From the NCBI GenBank assembly GCA_041730515.1, contig JBGSBN010000002.1:1-43090 (forward strand): a stretch of 43,090 bases of DNA, in the 5' to 3' direction. Both the position numbers and the translations under genes were made by a program. Positions 17,662 to 26,452 of the stretch are shown here, piece after piece. Below the pieces are notes generated by a model. The model was not told where the DNA came from. It worked only from the letters and a program-made list of their open reading frames with translations, and searched no databases. Source of the stretch: Candidatus Methylacidiphilales bacterium. GTDB lineage: Bacteria; Bacteroidota; Bacteroidia; UKL13-3. Every line of letters starts with the position of its first letter. The first letter of the stretch is position 1.

Positions 17662-19140
17662 ATGAAAATAGTAATAATTGGTTCTGGAATAGCTGGTTTG
17701 GCCAGTGCTGTTAGGCTTCAAGCAATGGGGTTTCAAGTAACAGTTTTGGAAGCCAATTCTTATTTTGGTGGGAAATTAACCGAATTCAAACAAAATGGAT
17801 TTAGATTTGATGCTGGTCCTTCGCTTTTTACATTGCCGCAGTTAGTGCTTGAACTGTACGATATTGCAAAGCAAGATAAAAACAGTTTTGAATACTTGCA
17901 GTTAGAAAAAGCTTGCAATTATTTTTACGAAGATGGAACTCAATTTACAGCTTACCATCAGCCAGAAAAAATGTCCAATGAACTAAACCAAAAGTTAGGA
18001 TTAACCAATCCCAAACCATTTTTTCAATACCTTAAAAATGCAGAGTTTAGGTATAAAACCACTACACCTATTTTTATAGAAAGTAGTTTACATAAAGTAA
18101 AAAACTTTTTAAATTTGGCTACACTAAAAGGTATTTTAAGTATTTTAAAACTTAATTTGTTTAAAAGCATGAACCACGAAAATGAGCAAATTTTTGCTGA
18201 TAAAAGATTGGTTCAATACTTTAATAGATTTGCTACTTATAATGGCAGTAACCCATACCAGTCGCCAGCTTTATTGAACATGATTCCGCATTTGGAAAGC
18301 AATATTGGAACTTTTTTTCCTAAAAACGGCATGCATCAAATTAGCCAAAGTATTTACCAATTGGCTTTGAATTTAGGAGTAAATTTTGAGTTTAATAAAA
18401 AGGTTTCTGAAATTGTTTTAGATAAAAATAACAAGCAAGTAAAAGGTGTAATAGTAAAGAAGGAGTTTTATGAAGCTGATATTGTGTTATCGAACATGGA
18501 TATTTATCCAACTTACAAAAAATTATTGCCAAAGTTAAAACATCCTGAAAAAATTTTGGTACAGGAAAAGTCTTCGTCAGCACTGATTTTTTACTGGGGA
18601 ATCAATAAACAATTTGCCGAGTTTGATTTACATAACATACTTTTTACTGAAAATTACCAAGAAGAATTTGACCATATTTTTAGTAAAAAAACCATTTATA
18701 ATGACCCAACTATATACATTAACATTACCTCCAAATATAAGCCAGATGATGCGCCTGCGGGTTGCGAAAATTGGTTTGTAATGATAAATACACCCAATAA
18801 CCAAGGGCAAAATTGGGATGAATTAATAACTGAAGCACGAAAAAATATTGTTTTAAAACTGAATCGTTTGCTTAAAACCGATATTGAAAAATACATTATA
18901 ACCGAAAATAAATTAGACCCACGAAGTATTGAAAGCAAAACCAGCAGCCACCTTGGTGCGCTTTATGGCAATGCAAGCAATAATAGGTACGCTGCATTTT
19001 TAAGGCATAAAAATTTTAGTTCTAATATAAAAGGATTGTACTTTTGTGGCGGTTCGGTGCATCCAGGTGGGGGCATTCCTTTGTGTTTAAATTCAGCTAA
19101 AATTGCAACTGGTTTAATTATGGATGATTATGGAATGTAA
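17662..19140 (+). CDS. Phytoene desaturase family FAD oxidoreductase (CrtI/CrtD-like carotenoid desaturase)
   Basis: 492 aa with an N-terminal Rossmann motif IIGSGIAGLASA...VLEA....GGK and a C-terminal GGSVHPGGGIP motif. Neighbours carotenoid genes. Confidence 0.87.
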   Translation: MKIVIIGSGIAGLASAVRLQAMGFQVTVLEANSYFGGKLTEFKQNGFRFDAGPSLFTLPQLVLELYDIAKQDKNSFEYLQLEKACNYFYEDGTQFTAYHQPEKMSNELNQKLGLTNPKPFFQYLKNAEFRYKTTTPIFIESSLHKVKNFLNLATLKGILSILKLNLFKSMNHENEQIFADKRLVQYFNRFATYNGSNPYQSPALLNMIPHLESNIGTFFPKNGMHQISQSIYQLALNLGVNFEFNKKVSEIVLDKNNKQVKGVIVKKEFYEADIVLSNMDIYPTYKKLLPKLKHPEKILVQEKSSSALIFYWGINKQFAEFDLHNILFTENYQEEFDHIFSKKTIYNDPTIYINITSKYKPDDAPAGCENWFVMINTPNNQGQNWDELITEARKNIVLKLNRLLKTDIEKYIITENKLDPRSIESKTSSHLGALYGNASNNRYAAFLRHKNFSSNIKGLYFCGGSVHPGGGIPLCLNSAKIATGLIMDDYGM

Positions 19141-19145
19141 TCGCA

Positions 19146-19187
19146 TTTCGACAAGCTCAATGCCCGCGGCCGTTGAACTTGTCGAAA
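19146..19187 (+). terminator. GC-rich hairpin module (FDKL-type) after the desaturase gene; terminator candidate
   Basis: tttcgacaag (19146-19155) pairs with cttgtcgaaa (19178-19187). Pairing extends via tcaa/ttga around a cgcggccg core. The core gacaagctca(a/g)tg recurs at 26568-26581. Confidence 0.5.
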
Positions 19188-19217
19188 CGAATTTTGAAAA
19201 TGTATAAGTAAACTGAA

Positions 19218-19862
19218 ATGAAAAAAGAAAATATTGCTATTGTAATTTTAGCCATTTTATATGCTGTAGGGCTTTTTGGTTCGGCAGTTTTTAAGTTAGA
19301 TTTATTAGAACTTTCCCCTGTTAACTTAATTGTAAGTGCAGCAGTTTTGTTTTATTTTCACCAACCTAAAAATACTTTGTTTTGGATTTGGGCAATTGGT
19401 GTTTTTCAGGCAGGTTATATTTTAGAGCTTTTGGGAGTAACTACAGGTAGAATTTTTGGTCAGTATTTTTATGGAAATAACCTTGGCCCAAAAATGGCTG
19501 ATGTGCCAGTAATTATTGGTTTAAATTGGGTTATGCTTTGTTATGTTTCTATGCATGTAGCCGAAATATTTTTTAATAAAATAGGAAAACAAAATTTAGT
19601 TAACCCAATTATAAAAATTGCTTTAAGTTCATTTCTTATGTTGTTTGTTGATATTTTAATAGAACATGTGGCTCCGCAATTAGATTTTTGGTATTGGAAA
19701 AATGGAAGTATCCCTATTCAAAACTATACAGCTTGGTATATATTTGCCTTTGCTTTTATGTTTGTTTACCAAAAATTAGAGTTGCCTTTAACCAATAAAA
19801 TCGCACCTTGGCTGTATGTTTTTCAATTGGTGTTTTTTGCAGGAATGAATTGGTGGTATTAG
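19218..19862 (+). CDS. Carotenoid biosynthesis membrane protein (DUF422/Caroten_synth family, CruF-like)
   Basis: 214 aa with about 7 TM helices, located between carotenoid genes. Family assignment is from overall pattern only. Confidence 0.65.
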   Translation: MKKENIAIVILAILYAVGLFGSAVFKLDLLELSPVNLIVSAAVLFYFHQPKNTLFWIWAIGVFQAGYILELLGVTTGRIFGQYFYGNNLGPKMADVPVIIGLNWVMLCYVSMHVAEIFFNKIGKQNLVNPIIKIALSSFLMLFVDILIEHVAPQLDFWYWKNGSIPIQNYTAWYIFAFAFMFVYQKLELPLTNKIAPWLYVFQLVFFAGMNWWY

Positions 19863-19895
19863 ATTTTATTTATTGAAAATAATATATTTGAAAGT

Positions 19896-20138
19896 ATGAA
19901 ACATTTAATTGAAATAGATGATGAATTGCCAAATGGAAAATTGGTTTTACAGTTACTAAAAGAGCTTAATTTGAGTGTAAAACCCAAAGATCCTATTATT
20001 CCATTAACTCAAGATGATTTGATTTTTGGAATTGGCAGGCCAGCCACTAATGAAGAAATGTTTGAATTATCCGAACGCATAAAAAAAGAAACTTTTAGTA
20101 ATTCTATAAATGATTTATTAAAAGAATTTGAAGAATGA
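19896..20138 (+). CDS. Putative antitoxin (paralog of 11596-11811)
   Basis: 80 aa. The N-terminus MKHLIEIDDELPNGKLVLQLLKEL parallels MIHTIEIDDNTELGKKALTLLADL. Its stop overlaps the toxin ATG (ATGA at 20135-20138). Confidence 0.6.
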   Translation: MKHLIEIDDELPNGKLVLQLLKELNLSVKPKDPIIPLTQDDLIFGIGRPATNEEMFELSERIKKETFSNSINDLLKEFEE

Positions 20139-20420
20139 AAATAGTATTTTCAGAAACAGCTACACAAACGTTGCGTTCATTAGCTCAATTTGTTGAATCA
20201 AAAAAATACAAAAGGAAGTGGAGAAAGATATGTAACTAAGTTTTTGAGTTATATACAAGATACACTTAATAGTTTTTCGAAACATGCTGTTTGTAAACAT
20301 ACTCAGTTTGCTATAAATAGTTGGAGATGTTTTTTTTACAAAGATTTTGTAATAGTTTACTCTATTGTTGATGATACTATTTTTATAAATATCATAATTC
20401 ATGGTTCTTTAATAGCTTAG
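20135..20420 (+). pseudogene. ParE/RelE-family toxin gene disrupted by a frameshift in an A7 run
   Basis: ATG 20135 reads MKIVFSETATQTLRSLAQFVESK and then terminates at 20237. The rest of a typical ParE-like toxin (NTKGSGERYVTKF...WRCFFYKDFVIVYSIVDDTIFINIIIHG) continues in the +1 frame to 20420. The frames join if the A-run 20200-20206 were one A shorter. Confidence 0.7.
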
Positions 20421-20489
20421 TTGAGCTTAATTTCTAAAAACAATTTTCAATTAAAGTGTTTAATATAATAAAACGATTTTTAAATAGAT

Positions 20490-20942
20490 ATGTGGTTTAA
20501 TATTTTAGTAGTATTTCTTACTTTTTGGTCAATGGAATTTATGGCTTGGTTTACACACAAGTTTATTATGCATGGTTTACTTTGGTATTTGCATAAAGAC
20601 CATCATCAAGTGGAACCAGGCTTTTTCGAAAAAAATGATAGTTTCTTCCTAATTTTTGCCATACCAAGTGCTTATTGTTATGTAACAGGTTTAATGTATA
20701 ACGATTTTAGACTTTATATTGGAATAGGAATTTCATTGTATGGATTTGCTTATTTTATTATTCACGAAATTATAATTCACCAACGTTTTAAACTTTGGTC
20801 GCGTTTAGATAACAGATATATTAAAGCCATTCGCAGAGCGCATAAAATTCATCATAAATATTTAGGAAAAGAGCATGGCGAAAATTTCGGAATGTTGATT
20901 GTTCCTTTAAAATATTGGAAAAATCCTAACTCCACAAACTAA
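20490..20942 (+). CDS. crtZ: Beta-carotene 3-hydroxylase
   Basis: 150-aa membrane di-iron hydroxylase with His boxes HKDHH, HEIIIHQR and HKIHH. Size and motifs are typical of CrtZ. Confidence 0.87.
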   Translation: MWFNILVVFLTFWSMEFMAWFTHKFIMHGLLWYLHKDHHQVEPGFFEKNDSFFLIFAIPSAYCYVTGLMYNDFRLYIGIGISLYGFAYFIIHEIIIHQRFKLWSRLDNRYIKAIRRAHKIHHKYLGKEHGENFGMLIVPLKYWKNPNSTN

Positions 20943-20945
20943 GTC

Positions 20946-21647
20946 ATGAGTTTGTACGCATGGTTAATGGTGTCATCGTTTGTTGGGCCTTTTGCTTTAA
21001 GCTTCGATAAAAAAGTAGCGTTTTATAAATGGTTTAAACCGCTGTTTATTGGCATTGCCATTAATGCCTTGTTGTTTATTTTATGGGATGGTTGGTTTAC
21101 CCGAGCAGGTGTTTGGGGTTTTAATAATCAGTATGTTTGGCATTATCGTTTTAACGATTTACCTATTGAAGAATGGAGTTTTTTTATAGTAGTTCCTTTT
21201 GCCAGTGTTTTTATTTATGCTTGTTTAAAATCCTATTTATCAGATAGTTTTTTTAAACCACTTGTTACTTACATCAACTATTTTTTTATAATAATTTTAG
21301 CATTGGCTAGTATTGTTTTTTATCAAAAAACATACACTTTGGTTAACTGTTCGTTGGCTTTGGTATTATTGCTTTGGCACCAATTTTATTTAAAGAAACC
21401 TTACATGGCTTATTTTTGGATGGCGTATGTAGTACACTTAATACCTTTTTTATTGGTAAATGGAGTATTAACTGGTGCTGTAACGCCCGAGCCTGTAGTT
21501 TATTATAATCCTATCGAAATTATTGGATTGCGCATAGTAACTATTCCAATAGAAGATACCATTTATGCCTTAACCTGTTTGCTTATTCCTATTACTGTTA
21601 TGGAGTATTTATTGGAAAATAAACAAAAAAAATCCCTAACCAATTAA
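20946..21647 (+). CDS. Lycopene cyclase domain-containing protein (fused CrtYc/Yd type)
   Basis: 233 aa with about 7 TM helices. Duplicated halves each carry a P.EE/P.ED motif (LPIEEWSFF, IPIEDTIY). Confidence 0.82.
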   Translation: MSLYAWLMVSSFVGPFALSFDKKVAFYKWFKPLFIGIAINALLFILWDGWFTRAGVWGFNNQYVWHYRFNDLPIEEWSFFIVVPFASVFIYACLKSYLSDSFFKPLVTYINYFFIIILALASIVFYQKTYTLVNCSLALVLLLWHQFYLKKPYMAYFWMAYVVHLIPFLLVNGVLTGAVTPEPVVYYNPIEIIGLRIVTIPIEDTIYALTCLLIPITVMEYLLENKQKKSLTN

Positions 21648-21664
21648 ATTGATTAGGGATTTTT
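21628..21664. terminator. Bidirectional hairpin terminator between convergent genes
   Basis: aaaaaatccctaa (to 21639) pairs with ttagggattttt (from 21653) in a ~12-bp stem. A-run and T-run flanks. The loop contains the stop codon of the cyclase gene. Confidence 0.6.
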
Positions 21665-21685
21665 AAATATTATTTCTACTAAAAA

Positions 21686-22999
21686 TTATGCTTTAGTGGT
21701 TTTTTTAGGTGCAGCTTTTGGTGCTTCTTCTTCAGCATCAGCAGTTAATTTTGCATTTTCTTTCTCCAATGAATTAACACGGTTTTTCAATTCTTGAATG
21801 GTTTTGTATAGCTCATCCATTTCGCTGCGATTAATTATTGGTAATTTTTCCATTGCTTTTTCCATTTGCTTTTCAATTTTACCTTTAAGGTTTAATTGCA
21901 ATGCACTTACTTCGCTCATTAGTTTTGAATATTCAGTAGTTTCAAATAATTGAACGAAGTGTTTATCATTGGTGTTTAACCAATTTTTGTATACATCAGC
22001 AAATTCTTTTACATCTTCACCATTTTTAATTTTAGCGTACATGTTTTCTGCTACTTCATCCATTGCTTTCATTCCTGTAGTGTACATAATGTATTGCATT
22101 TGGTTGTTTTTAGTATTGTAGGCAGTCATCATATCTACTAATTCTTTCATGGTTTCCATATTAGCCATACTTGGGTTGTTTCCAAAAAGTTTGGTTAAAG
22201 GAGCCATTGCAGTTTGCATTTGAGCATACATTTGGTTGTAATTGTTCATCATGCTGTCCATTCCTGAATTTTGGTTAAACATATTACCCATGTTGTTTTT
22301 CATGTTATCGTAACTTGCTTTTCCTTCATCCATCATTTTATGCATATTTTCCTTCATAGATGTCATCATTGAATTATCCATAAAGTTTTTCATCATATCA
22401 GGATTCATGTTAAACATTTTATCCATAACACCTTTGTAAGCTTCGGTGTTAAACATGTTTTTGAACATTTCTGGAGTAAAAGTTTTATCGTTTAAACTTT
22501 TCATCATTGGCATAAAAAACTGGAAAGTTTTCATGTACATATCAGAATTGTTAAACATATCGGCAAAGTTATTTTTGGTTTCACCGTTATTGAAATTTTT
22601 CATCATTTCATTGTAGCTATCGGTCATGGCATTTTTCCATGAGTTGAAAGAATTCGTCATGCCGTCCATATTCATGCTTTTCATGTCAAAGCCATTGTTC
22701 ATGTTTGGAACCATGTTCATGCTCATGTCCATCCACTGCTTAGCCATTTCATTTTGCTTATTAAAATAGTTTGTAAAATATTCCATACCATTTTGCATGT
22801 TATTGTTTTCGCTGTTTAATTGATTAAACCAATTCATTTGACTATCGTACCATTTTTTAAAGTTTTCAGAGTCCATGCTAATGTTTGAACCATTAGGCAT
22901 CGTTTGTTGCATTGTTTTAGCAGCGTTAGTCATTGTTTCCATGGCTTGTTTTTGCATATCGGCCATTGTTTCAAACATGTTTTTTGTGGTGTTTTCCAT
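21686..22999 (-). CDS. Extremely Met/Asn-rich protein with a PhaE/phasin-like coiled-coil C-terminus
   Basis: 437-aa intact ORF. About 65-70 Met by hand count, mostly in M-x(2-4)-M arrays. The C-terminal ~130 aa (WLNTNDKHFVQLF...PIINRSEMDELYKTIQELKNRVNSLEKE) resembles PHA synthase subunit E / phasin tails. Lys/Ala-rich tail. The functional call is tentative. Confidence 0.55.
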   Translation of the reverse strand: MENTTKNMFETMADMQKQAMETMTNAAKTMQQTMPNGSNISMDSENFKKWYDSQMNWFNQLNSENNNMQNGMEYFTNYFNKQNEMAKQWMDMSMNMVPNMNNGFDMKSMNMDGMTNSFNSWKNAMTDSYNEMMKNFNNGETKNNFADMFNNSDMYMKTFQFFMPMMKSLNDKTFTPEMFKNMFNTEAYKGVMDKMFNMNPDMMKNFMDNSMMTSMKENMHKMMDEGKASYDNMKNNMGNMFNQNSGMDSMMNNYNQMYAQMQTAMAPLTKLFGNNPSMANMETMKELVDMMTAYNTKNNQMQYIMYTTGMKAMDEVAENMYAKIKNGEDVKEFADVYKNWLNTNDKHFVQLFETTEYSKLMSEVSALQLNLKGKIEKQMEKAMEKLPIINRSEMDELYKTIQELKNRVNSLEKENAKLTADAEEEAPKAAPKKTTKA

Positions 23000-23059
23000 T
23001 GTTGTAATTTTTTTACTTTTGGGGTTGATTTTTAACTAATTAGTGTTTCAAATCGGCCG

Positions 23060-23093
23060 CAAAAGTATTTTTTTATTTTTGAAAGTCAATCAA
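23060..23093 (-). promoter_or_regulatory. Bacteroidota-type promoter candidate for the Met-rich gene
   Basis: On the minus strand, TACTTTTG (23067-23060) has a TTG (23089-23087) 19 nt upstream. It sits ~61 nt upstream of the start codon at 22999. Confidence 0.4.
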
Positions 23094-23267
23094 TTTCCAT
23101 ATTACTAATTTATTAATTATAGGTAATCGCTTTACAGTGGCTTCAATTCGCTGTACTTGATTTTTGTCATGCTGGTTTAAAATGAGTTAAGATAACCTAA
23201 TGCCAATTGGGATTTTTGTAAAACAGGTTGCATTCATTTTTCAACGGGTTAATCCCTATTGCAATCT

Positions 23268-23470
23268 GGACCGTTGTTACAAAAGTATCGTTCCTACGGA
23301 ACTATAAGATTTATTAATGTTTAGAAGGAAAAACCATAAATTAAGTTGACGCCAATGAGATAGAATCGGGACTGTTGTTACAAAATGTTTCGCTCCTTTA
23401 GAACTTTAATTTTTATAAACATTTACAAGAAAAAACCATAAATTAAGTTAACGCGAATTAGATAGATTTT
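23268..23470. repeat. Diverged ~101-bp tandem duplication (2 units) in a 655-bp non-coding region
   Basis: Unit 1 spans 23268-23368 and unit 2 spans 23369-23470. Both start GGAC(C/T)GTTGTTACAAAA and end AAAAACCATAAATTAAGTT(G/A)ACGC..GATAGA. Identity is about 75% by eye. An inverted copy of the TTTTGTAA-ACA motif lies at 23214-23227. Confidence 0.8.
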
Positions 23471-23654
23471 GGGAGCTACAAGATACACTGGAATATAATT
23501 ATGTCAAAGTAGTAATTTTTTTGGAAGCCATAAAAACCTAACTTATTACCTTGTATTTTTTTGTACTTAAATATTGTAACATAAAATTCAAAAAAATAAA
23601 TATCCTTGTAGTAAATAAAAGTAAGTTCAACAATTAACAAATAATTTTAAAAAA

Positions 23655-24071
23655 ATGGCAGCACCACAAGTAGGAGATGTGTTTACACACAACATTATGT
23701 TCACTCAAGAACAAGTAAATTTATATGCGCAAATTAGTGGCGATACTAATCCACTTCATACCAATGAAGAGGCTGGTAAGGCTAGTATTTTTGGTAGAAA
23801 TATTATTCACGGACATTTTAGTGCAAGTGTATTTACTAAAATTTTTGGAGCTTTGTATTATGCCGAAGGTCATATTTACATGAAACAAAACAATACCTTT
23901 TTAAAGCCAATGTTTGTAGATACAGCCTACCAAGCTGTGATTACGGTAAAGGAAATTTTTCCAGAAAAAAACCGTGTGTTATACGAAACTAAGGTAGTGG
24001 ATGTAGCCACAGGAGTAGATACTTTAGTAGGCGAAGCTTTATTAATGAATAAGTTACAATATGTTTGGTAG
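23655..24071 (+). CDS. MaoC family (R)-specific enoyl-CoA hydratase/dehydratase
   Basis: 138-aa hot-dog fold with the motif ISGDTNPLHTNEE...GRNIIHG. Confidence 0.87.
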   Translation: MAAPQVGDVFTHNIMFTQEQVNLYAQISGDTNPLHTNEEAGKASIFGRNIIHGHFSASVFTKIFGALYYAEGHIYMKQNNTFLKPMFVDTAYQAVITVKEIFPEKNRVLYETKVVDVATGVDTLVGEALLMNKLQYVW

Positions 24072-24140
24072 TTTACTGAACAACATAATTTAAAGAATAT
24101 TCGTAATCAATTGTTTGTAAAAGTATTTACTTTTTAAAAT

Positions 24141-26243
24141 ATGAAACTAAATTTAAAATCAATTTATGTATTGGCAGGTATTACAGCTCATTTGTTTTTT
24201 GCAAATATTGCTGTAAAGGCTCAACAAACGTTAACCATTGAAAAACTTTGGCAATTAGGCCGCATAAGCGAGCCTCAACTAAGTGATGATGGAAAAACTG
24301 TTATTTACAGTGTAAGACATTACGATGTGAAAACCAATAAAAGCACTAATATTTATTACTTGTTAACTTTGGCCACAGGTCAAAAGAAACAAATAACTGC
24401 ACCTGAGATAAATGCTTTTGATGCCCGATTTACACCCGATGGCAAAAAAATAAGTTATTTATGTACCAAAAGTGGCGATGCACAAATTTGGGAAATGAAT
24501 ATAGACGGAACTGAAATTACTCAATTAAGTTTTGTAAGAGGTGGTGTAAGTGGTTATAAATACTCGCCTGCTATGAACAAAATAGCATTTACAGCCGATG
24601 TTAAATTGGATAATGAGGTAAAAGATTTATATCCTGATTTGGATAAATGCAATGCCCGAATTATTGATGGGTTATTTTACCGTCATTGGGATAGTTGGCA
24701 CGATTATGCTTACAGTCATTTATTTGTGGCCGATATTAATTATGGAATTATGGGCGATGCAAAGGATTTGATGCAAGACGAAAAATTTGATTGTCCGCTG
24801 CAACCAAATGGCGATGATGAAGAATTTAATTGGAGTCCTGATGGAACCCGAATAGCTTATAACAGCCGCAAACAAACAGGAACAGCCGAGGCTATTTCTA
24901 CCAATAGCGATATTTATTTATACAATTTTGCTACCAAACAAACGGTAAATATATCGGCTAGCAATAAAGGCTACGATAAAAACCCGCAGTTTACCCCTGA
25001 TGGCAAAAAAATATTTTGGCAAAGCATGGAAGGGGAGGGAAATGAAAGCGATTTGAATAGATTGGTTTATTTAAATATTTCAAATCCAAAAGAAATTAGT
25101 CACTCAAAGGCTCCAATTATTGAATTAACAGGCAAAAGAAATTTTGATTACCCAATTGAAAATTTTTCAATCAGCAACGATGGAAAAGTAGTTTATTTTA
25201 CAGCTCCTTACCAAGGTACTAAACAATTGTTTGCCTATAATTTTGAGGTAAAGAAAGAAACAGAGCGTATTAAAATGATAACCGAAGGCGATTGGGATTA
25301 TGGTGCATTTAATATTGATGGTAGTTTAAAATCGGGTAAAGCCATTATCAGTAAAATGAGCATGTCAATGCCTTCTGAATTGTATGAAATAGATTTTCAA
25401 ACGGGTAAAGAAAAACAAATCACATTTACCAATAAGGATATTTTAAAAAATGTGGATATGGGCGAAGTTCGTAAACGCATGATTAAAACTACCGATAGTG
25501 CAGATATGTTGGCCTGGGTTATTTATCCTCCTAATTTTGATCCTAATAAAAAATACCCAACTCTATTATACTGCCAAGGTGGTCCACAAAGTGCTTTAAC
25601 ACAGTTTTTTAGCTATAGATGGAATTTTGAATTAATGGCTGCAAATGGTTATATAGTAATTGCCCCAAACAGACGAGGAATGCCTGGCCATGGTAGCGAG
25701 TGGAACGACCAAATTACTGGTGATTATGGTGGACAATGTATGCGCGATTATTTAAGTGCCATTGACGATTTATGTAAAGAAAGTTATATAGATAAAGATA
25801 AGCTAGGCGCAGTAGGAGCAAGCTTTGGCGGCTTTTCGGTTTATTGGTTAGCAGGTAATCATAATAAGCGTTTTAAAACTTTTATAGCGCATTGTGGTAT
25901 GTTTAATATGGAAAGTTGGTATGGTACCACCGAAGAAATGTTTTTTGCCAACCACGACAACAAAGGTCCGTATTGGAACCAAACTACACACCCAAATAAC
26001 TTTGATGCTTCGCCACATAAGTTTGTACAAAATTGGGATGCACCCATGTTGGTTATTCATAACGAAAAAGATTTTAGAGTACCACTAGGCCAAGGAATGG
26101 AAGCTTTTACTGCAGCTCAAATTAAAGGAATTCCTAGTAGGTTTTTATATTTTCCTGACGAAAACCATTGGGTAACTAAACCTCAAAACAGTGTGCTTTG
26201 GCAACGTGTTTATTTTGATTGGTTAGCTAGAAGTTTGAAGTAG
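24141..26243 (+). CDS. S9 family serine peptidase (prolyl oligopeptidase/DPP-like with N-terminal beta-propeller)
   Basis: 700 aa with a signal peptide. PD40-like propeller repeats (F.PDGKKI appears 3 times). Catalytic GASFGG serine motif, with downstream D and ENHW histidine. Confidence 0.92.
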   Translation: MKLNLKSIYVLAGITAHLFFANIAVKAQQTLTIEKLWQLGRISEPQLSDDGKTVIYSVRHYDVKTNKSTNIYYLLTLATGQKKQITAPEINAFDARFTPDGKKISYLCTKSGDAQIWEMNIDGTEITQLSFVRGGVSGYKYSPAMNKIAFTADVKLDNEVKDLYPDLDKCNARIIDGLFYRHWDSWHDYAYSHLFVADINYGIMGDAKDLMQDEKFDCPLQPNGDDEEFNWSPDGTRIAYNSRKQTGTAEAISTNSDIYLYNFATKQTVNISASNKGYDKNPQFTPDGKKIFWQSMEGEGNESDLNRLVYLNISNPKEISHSKAPIIELTGKRNFDYPIENFSISNDGKVVYFTAPYQGTKQLFAYNFEVKKETERIKMITEGDWDYGAFNIDGSLKSGKAIISKMSMSMPSELYEIDFQTGKEKQITFTNKDILKNVDMGEVRKRMIKTTDSADMLAWVIYPPNFDPNKKYPTLLYCQGGPQSALTQFFSYRWNFELMAANGYIVIAPNRRGMPGHGSEWNDQITGDYGGQCMRDYLSAIDDLCKESYIDKDKLGAVGASFGGFSVYWLAGNHNKRFKTFIAHCGMFNMESWYGTTEEMFFANHDNKGPYWNQTTHPNNFDASPHKFVQNWDAPMLVIHNEKDFRVPLGQGMEAFTAAQIKGIPSRFLYFPDENHWVTKPQNSVLWQRVYFDWLARSLK

Positions 26244-26251
26244 TTTGTTTT

Positions 26252-26290
26252 GCTGCTGGCCGCTGGCTACTAGCTTCTGGCTGATAGCTA
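26252..26290. repeat. Period-7 degenerate array, GCTnnTG type (~5.6 units)
   Basis: Units read gctgctg gccgctg gctacta gcttctg gctgata gcta. Same family as 15222-15253. Confidence 0.8.
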
Positions 26291-26349
26291 TTTAGCTATC
26301 TTGTTGTGTCTCTTAAACAATATGCTGCTGATTTTATTTTGGGTTTTAA

Positions 26350-26384
26350 CTTTGTCAAAGTTTTAAACTTTGACAAAGGTTTTC
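26350..26384 (+). terminator. Perfect 11-bp hairpin plus T-run; terminator candidate for the S9 peptidase gene
   Basis: ctttgtcaaag (26350-26360) pairs with ctttgacaaag (26368-26378) around loop ttttaaa, followed by ggtttt. Confidence 0.45.
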
Positions 26385-26392
26385 CCGCACCT

Positions 26393-26444
26393 TTTTTTCG
26401 TTTTTCGTTGACCGTTATTGGAATTTCGTTATTCTTTATTCGTT
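26393..26444. repeat. Period-7 degenerate array, GTTnnTC type (~7 units)
   Basis: Units read ttttttc gtttttc gttgacc gttattg gaatttc gttattc tttattc gtt. Same family as 28884-28932 and 34304-34338, including the shared unit gttgacc. Confidence 0.8.
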
Positions 26445-26452
26445 AAACACAT

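Noticed and set aside
23268-23470. Possible degenerate CRISPR or tracrRNA-like repeats (GTTGTTACAAAAGTATCGTTCC...).
   Set aside because: There are only two copies with a 101-nt period, and the sequence between the conserved heads is itself homologous. It is a tandem duplication, not repeat-spacer architecture, and no cas genes are nearby.
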